Shown: one piece after another, positions 57,345 through 64,000 of the stretch
Layout: every line of letters begins with the position of its first letter
Numbering within the stretch: the first letter of the stretch is position 1
NCBI RefSeq assembly: GCF_018350175.1
Contig: NC_058382.1
Coordinates: 55,244,001 to 55,308,000, forward strand
DNA length: 64,000 bases
Direction of reading: 5' to 3'
Source: Felis catus
Lineage: Eukaryota
Program-made: the position numbers and the translations under genes
Notes under the pieces: generated by a model
Told to the model about the DNA's origin: nothing
What the model saw: the letters and a program-made list of their open reading frames with translations, nothing else
Databases searched by the model: none

Positions 57345-57984
57345 AAGAATACAATTCTAATGTTAATCCACTGAGGTCAACAGACAAAGAGAAATGCTCC
57401 AATTAATTTCCTGAAGAAACTGGAGAAAGATGGTACACCTTTCCCTCCTCTTCCCCTCAGAGTCATAGGTAAATTCTTTAAAAAATTAGCAAGTCAGTTC
57501 CAGATATTTACTGGACGAACAATATGTTACAAATGAATAGTTTATCCCAATAATGCAAGGATGGTTTGGCAACACATTTAGTGAGAAAAGCCTAAGTCAC
57601 TAAATGCCCCACATGTAACCAAATGATTTTACCTCTTTACCACAATTTATACTCATTATCTCCATTCACAAATATGGCTGTACATCTAAACAAAGACTCC
57701 AATTTTAAGGTCACTGAGTTTTGTATTTAGTACCTAACCACTTTATTCTAGAAAGAACAGTTGGAAATGCGTGGTGGGAGATGGGGACAGATAGGTAATC
57801 TCATTCATGGTATCGACAAAAACTGTAACACATTAATGACATTTAAATAAGAAAGGTGTACAGCTTATAACCACCACTTGACCAAGTAGAAATATACACA
57901 GACCCTTCCAAAATTGTCTCATGGGAACCAGAGTTATCAATATAAAATCACTTTTAAAAATATATACAGAGAGGTGAATACAGA

Positions 57985-58170
57985 AATAAATGTGAGACTC
58001 CCAGGCAGACTCTGCTGACAGTGTGGAGCATGACACATGGCTTGAACCCACGAACTGTGAGATCATGACCTGAGCTGAAATCAAGGAGTCCGCCTCCTAG
58101 CTCAGGTCTTGATCACAGGGTCGTGAGTTTAAGCCCCACACTGGGCACAGAGCCTACTTAAAAAAAATTT
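57985..58170. mobile_element. Two head-less Can-SINE fragments fused head-to-head
   Basis: Minus fragment to about 58090, plus fragment from about 58098. Confidence 0.8.
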
Positions 58171-58574
58171 TTTTAGAGCACTTGAGGAAAATCTGACAAT
58201 TGGAAAAGCAAAAGGATTCACCCAATGAATCTGAAAATAGCTTTGAAAAAAAAAATTTTTTTAAGCGAGAACCCAGTGGGTACATGCATTTAAAAAAGAA
58301 CTATCCTTTTCAGTATTAATTAAGCACATGTGGGAATGGGAGGGCCAATTAGAAATCCTGGAAATACAGTTGGAAAAACCTTGAAAAAAAAATTTTTAAA
58401 GCTTATTAAGCAGGAAGTTCTGGAATGGATACCATTAGGGAAAGAATTGGCAGATATGAAGACCGTGTTGGGGAATTTGCTTTCAAACTGCAAGACAAGA
58501 TGAAAGTACAAAAAGGGTGAAAAATAAAAATACAAAATGAAAAGCTCCAGCGTAAAATATCTGAAATGATGATG

Positions 58575-58768
58575 GCGCCTGGGTGGCTCAGTTGGTTAAG
58601 CGTCCAACTTCGGCTCAGGTCATGATCTCGCGGTTTGTGGGTTCAGGCCCCACATTGCTACCAGCTCGGAGCCTGGAGCTTGCTTTGGATGCTGCGTCTC
58701 CCTCTCTCTCTCTGCCCCTCCCTGATCATGCTCTCTCTCTCAAAAATAAACACTAAAATTTTTTTTTT
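58575..58768 (+). mobile_element. Can-SINE
   Basis: TSD aaatg(a/t)tgat. Confidence 0.92.
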
Positions 58769-59468
58769 AAATGTTGATGATTGAAAATCTCCCACCATTG
58801 AAGAGGCAAAGGTCCTCTAGCAATAAACAGCAGTACAGATATAGATGCACATATAGACTCTTACAGGCAGAATACCAGAGTAAAGGGACAATTATAAAAA
58901 TGGAAAGATAGGTTCCCTATAAAGGATTCTGTAAAGGATTGACAGACCATACTAGCATTCCCCTCTATAGCAACAGCAACGTAAAGACTAAGGGATCTCT
59001 TGAAAACGCTTAAAACACACAGCTGCAACTCTAGATGTCCTGTATCCTGATAATTACCATTCAAGAGTGAGGGCAACATGAAGGTATTTTTCAAAGCTAC
59101 CAAGACAGCCAACTGAGTACTAATAAACCTTTGCTAAAAGAACTACCGACGTCCTTAAGCCAGAAGGAATACAAAGCAAGAAGCATTAGTGGCCCATGAA
59201 ATCCGTAAACTACCTTAGAAAACAGAAAAAACTATACAGATTTCAAAGACTAAATTTTTGTGTGAAAACTCAGATAAATCCAGGAAATAATAACCCCAAA
59301 GTTCTGAGAGGGAAGGAGGGAATCTCTATCAGGAAGGGCACACGGGGCAGGCAACGCTGTATTTCCTATTCGGCATCTCCACAGCTGTTTATAGTTATTC
59401 ATTAAACAGTATAGATGTTTTACATACTTTTCTGAATGTTTGTTGTATAATTCAGTGCCCAGTGCTCC

Positions 59469-59509
59469 ATATGTACATACATGTGTGTGTATATATATGT
59501 ATATATGTG

Positions 59510-59548
<39 letters not shown>

Positions 59549-59592
59549 GTGTATATATACATATATATATATACGTGTATATGTATATAGAT
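59469..59592. repeat. (TA)n/(TG)n compound microsatellite
   Basis: Directly visible alternating purine-pyrimidine tract. Confidence 0.95.
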
Positions 59593-62033
59593 AGAACATA
59601 GCTATGAATGCTTTGGGATTCAGGAAATGAGATCAGGGTCTGTGAGCATAGCAGCATTAGTAGAAAACATGCATTTTGAACTTCACCTGAACAAAAGTCA
59701 TTATATACATGAAAGCAAGAGAAATTGTTTTATTCTGGGTAGAGACAAGGTGAAGAGAGCTCAATTAAGACTTTAGTGCAATTTCTTTTCTGCTTTATTC
59801 TTAACAGGAAGGAAAGCAGGTCTCCTTGGGGAAAGGCATAAATTTAACTAGGGTCATTAGTGACTCTTCCCAGGGCCTCACATGATGCCTCGAATAGTCA
59901 CGAGCATTGTCCTCCTCTCCTCCGCTCCCCGTGGAAAGACCGTCCTGTTTGTCTCCTCTGTACTTTCCCAGGGGGCCAGAATAACCTTCGCCATTGCTCT
60001 CCCCACTCTCCAAAGTCAGACTTGTACCTGTTATCCTTGGGGATATCCGTGATGTTTTGTTAGGTTGTTAGGGTGGGGAAACTATCTGCAGAGCAAGGTA
60101 TGGCCTGAGTCCGTGTTTTGTACAAATGACAAGAAAAACCCATTCGTGCATACTGACGCATGGTTTTTCTAGCACCAGAGGGTCTCACTTGAGCTACTCC
60201 ATCAGTAGTAGCAGCCGACAACAGCCTGACCTCCTGAGTAGCCAGGCTTTTACAACAGTCAGAAGATGAGGTAGGAGGAGGATCGTGAGCTCACCCCCTC
60301 CCATGCACACACTGGGACAACAACTACATACGATGAAACACTCGGAAAATGACCCGAAGCCTGGCAGAGAGGATTGTCCGCAGCCAAATACTTAAGAAAA
60401 TGTCACAGCAAGAAGGGTGAGAGGGACAGAGACAAGGCTGGGAACCAGACCCCCAGTGCAGCGGCCCAGAAGCAGGAGGGGAGATCACAGGCACAGAGGT
60501 GATCCCTGAGGAGCAAGGGAAGCAAGCCCCACGTCAGGAACTCCTGGGGACCGGCACTGGGAAGATGAGCCCCCCACCCTCCACCCCCCACCCCCCCGCT
60601 GGCTCGGAACATCAGTGCAGCTCAACTCGAAGAGAGCCAGAGGGCTATAGGAAGCAGACTCCGTTCTTCCAGGGCCATGGTGCCGTATTACTGTCTGAGG
60701 CCCAGCACGCAGGCAGCAGCTGGAAAGCACCTGGGTGACACACGAGAGAGTTCTTAATTTTAGGGCATGTGCAGGAAGACCAAGGATCTGGAGTTGTCTC
60801 TAGGAATCAAAGTGCCAGTAGATGCCAGTTTACTTGCAGCCCAGCTGGCAGGATGCTGGTGGGAGCCACTTGTGACACTCTCTATCTACTTTGCTAACAC
60901 CATTCACCCCACCCACCCCAGCAGGTGCCCCTGACCCCCAGCAAGTACCACCCTGCCACATGCAGGGGGCAGAGCCCCTCCAAACTGACTTCTGGGGAGG
61001 GGGAGGCAGGCCCAGTCACAACAGGAAGGCATATGCAGACCCACACAGGAGACACCCTGGAGCTCCTGGTTCTTGTGACCAGGGGCCATTGCACTACCGC
61101 GCCCCACGATATACCTACGTCAAGCCGCTGCTTTTAAGACCAGGAGATGCAGCTGACTTACATAAATACATAGAAACAAACATGGAGAGTCAGACAAAAT
61201 GAGACAGAGGAATATATTCCAAATGAGAGAACACGATAAAACCTTAGAAAAAGAACTCAATGGAATGGAGATTAGCAGTCTCCCTGGTAAAGAGTTTCAA
61301 GTAATGGTCATAAAGATGCTCATCAGGTTTGGGCGACCTCCAGGAGAATTTTAACAAAGACAGAAAATGTAAAAACCAACCAAAAGCAAAGAATACAATA
61401 ACTGAAATGAAAAGTCTACTAGAAGGACTCAAACGCAGACTGAAGGATGTACAAGACATCGATGATGCGCAAGGCAGGGTAATGGAAAGCATCCAAGCTA
61501 CATAGAAAAAAGAATAGAAAACAACGAGGATAGGTGAAGGGACCTTTGGGAAACATCAGGTACCCTAACATCCACATGATACGGGTCCCAGAGAGAGAAG
61601 CGCAGAAAACTTGACAAAATAACAGCTGAAAACCTTGCTAAGGTGCGGAAGGAAACACACCCAGGCTCAAGATGCACAGAGAGCCCCAGATAAGATGAGC
61701 CCAAGGAAGTCCATGTCTAGACATACAATAATTAAAATGTCAAAGGTTAATGATAAAAAGAGAATTTTAAAATCAGCAAGAGAAAAGCAAAAAGTTACAA
61801 TCAAGGGAAACCCCATAATATGGCTGTCAGCTGAGTTTTTCAGCAGCAACTCTGTAGGTCAGAGGGAGTGGTTCCAAGATATATTCAAAGTGCTAAAAGG
61901 AAAAAACCCTACAACCAAGAACACTCTACCTGGCAAGTTATTCAGAAGGGAAGGAGAGACAGAGTTTTCTAGACAGAAGCTAAAGGAGTTCATCAACACT
62001 AAATCAGCTTTATAAGAAACGTTCAAGGGACTT

Positions 62034-62231
62034 TTTTTTTTTTTTAAACATTTATTCACTTTTGAGAGAGACAGAGCCAGCGGGGGAGGGGCAGACAGTG
62101 GGGGGCCGAGGATCCGAAGCCGGCTTTGTGCTGACACAGTGAGCCCGATGCAGGGCTCAATCTCACAAACTGTGAAATCATGACCTGAGCAGAAGGAGGA
62201 CGCTCAACTGACTCAACCACGTAGGTGCCCC
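62034..62231 (-). mobile_element. Can-SINE nested in L1
   Basis: TSD tcaagggactt at 62023 and 62232. Confidence 0.92.
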
Positions 62232-62448
62232 TCAAGGGACTTCTTTACGTGGAAAAGAAAAGCCAGCCCATAACTAGAAGAAAATTATTAAAGGAAAAAC
62301 TTCACTGGTAAAAGCAAACCTGTAGTAAAGACAGGAGATCAGTCACTTATAAAGCTAGTACAGAGGTTAAAAGACAAAGTAGGAAAATCAATTATATATT
62401 AAAAAAAAATTAGTTAAGGGACACACAAAATAAAAAGATGTAAAATGG

Positions 62449-62674
62449 TGGCACCTGGGTGGCTCAGCTGGTTAAGCATCCAACTCTGGATTTTGGCATA
62501 GGTCATGATCTCACATTTGTAAGATTGAACCCTGTGTTGGGCTCTTTGCTGGCAGCATGAAGCCTGTTTAAGATTCTTTCTCTCCCCCCACTGCTGCCCC
62601 CGGCACCCATCCTTCCCTCACTCCCTGTAGTCCTCTCCCCTACTCACACACACTCTCTCAAACATTAAAAAAAA
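62449..62674 (+). mobile_element. Can-SINE nested in L1
   Basis: TSD atgtaaaat. Confidence 0.88.
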
Positions 62675-63280
62675 ATGTAAAATATGATGTCATATACATA
62701 AGATGTGGAGTTTTAGACTGTGGAAGTAATGCTTCAAAATTCCTTCTATGAAGCCAGCATTAATTATCCTGAAACCAAAACCAGACACACACACACACAC
62801 ACACACACACAAAGGAAATTACACACCAATATCCCTGAGGAACATAGATGCAAAATCTTCAACAAAATATTATAAAACTGAATTCAACAATACATTAAAA
62901 GCACCATTCACCACCAAGTGGGATTTATTTCAGCGATGCAAGGTAGTTCACAAATTATCCACAAATCAAAGTAATACATCACATTAATAAAATGAAGGAT
63001 AAAAATCATATTATCTTGATACAGAAAAAGTATCTGACAAAATTCAACACCCATTAATTACAAAAACTCTCAACCAAGTGGGTCTAGAGGGAACATACAT
63101 ACCTCAACATAATAAAACCCATCTATACAAACCCACAACTAACATCATACTCCACAGTGAAAAGCTAAAAGCTTTTCCTCTAAGATCAGGAATAAGACAA
63201 GGGTGTTGACTCTTACACAACACAGTACTGGAATTCCTAGCCACAGCAATGAGACAAGAAAATAAAAGGCGTCCATGTTA

Positions 63281-63426
63281 GGGGGTCCTGGGTCCTGACC
63301 CTGGGGCCAGGGGATCGAGCCCCATATCAGGCTCCGCACTGAGCATGGAGCCTGCTTGGGATTCTGTCTCTTTCTCCCTCTACCCCTCTCCCCTGCTTGT
63401 TCTTGCTCTCTCTTAAAAAAAAAGAA
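63281..63426 (+). mobile_element. Partial Can-SINE nested in L1 ORF2
   Basis: TSD aaaggc(g/a)tcca. Confidence 0.85.
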
Positions 63427-64000
63427 AAGGCATCCAGATTGCTAAGGGAGTACAGCTTTGCAGATGGCATGATACTATATATAGAAAATCCTAGAAACTC
63501 CACCAAAAGAAAACCCATTAGAATAAATGAGTTAAGTTGCAAGATACAAAATTAATATATAGAAACCTGTGGTGTTTCTATATACCAATAGCAAACTAAC
63601 AAAAAGGGAAATTAAAAAAACATCCTATTTGAAATTACATCATAAAGAATAAAATATCCAGAAATAAATGTAACCAAGGAGGTGAAAGACCTCTACACTG
63701 AAACAGTAAGACAATGATGAAAGAAACTGAAGATGACACAATTAGATGGACAGTTACGCCACACTCAGATTGGAAGAATATTGTTAAAATGGCCATGCTA
63801 CCCAAGGCAACCTACATATTCAGTGCAATCCCTATCAAAATGCCAACAGCATTTTTCACAGAAACTAGAAAGTTGTATGGAACTGCAAAGGACCCTGAAT
63901 AGAGAAAGCAGTCCTGAGAACGAATGAAGGTGAAGGTACCACAATCCCAGATTTCAAGATCTACCGCAAAGCTACAATAACCAAAACAGTATGGTACTGG

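Larger units (their letters stand above)
55340..59250 (+). mobile_element. Highly decayed old L1 fragments interleaved with SINEs
   Basis: A-rich; L1 ORF2-like pieces such as tttatcccaataatgcaaggatggttt (about 57541); boundaries uncertain. Confidence 0.45.
60260..64000 (+). mobile_element. Degenerate LINE-1: 5' UTR, ORF1 remnant (about 61190-62300), ORF2 RT-region remnant (about 62725 to end)
   Basis: ORF1-like RHTIIKMSKVNDKKRILKSAREKQKVT; ORF2-like NYTPISLRNIDAK, FADGMILYIENP, NIVKMAMLPKATYIFSAIPIK; many frameshifts; 5' boundary approximate. Confidence 0.9.

Noticed and set aside
49680..64000. Absence of exons 32-33 as evidence of gene truncation
   Set aside because: Intron 31 is repeat-expanded and the window ends inside an L1; the exons probably lie downstream.

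Overview
Mammalian genomic DNA from a carnivore, most likely a felid (abundant tRNA-derived Can-SINEs of feline type). The window lies entirely inside PLCG2 (phospholipase C gamma 2) on the + strand. I can trace 24 consecutive coding exons, equivalent to human exon 8 (partial) through exon 31, by splice sites and continuous reading frame. They cover EF-hand, catalytic X box, split PH, nSH2, cSH2, SH3, catalytic Y box and C2. The last two exons are not in the window. Introns hold a full-length antisense RPS12 processed pseudogene, about 32 Can-SINEs, Tigger/MER DNA-transposon fossils, MLT LTRs, MIR/L2 relics, a probable U6 fragment and a degenerate sense L1 at the 3' end. Nearly all entries in the ORF track are spurious. 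I found no convincing novel biological system. The best second-look items are a GC donor with a competing GT, an apparent Gly-to-Trp change in the SH3 domain, a triple insertion at one L1 target site, SINE pairs bracketing exons 20-22, a poly(A)-only insertion and a collapsed head-to-head SINE hairpin. Exon numbers, residue numbers, comparisons with the human protein and repeat family names come from recall, not from a database search.
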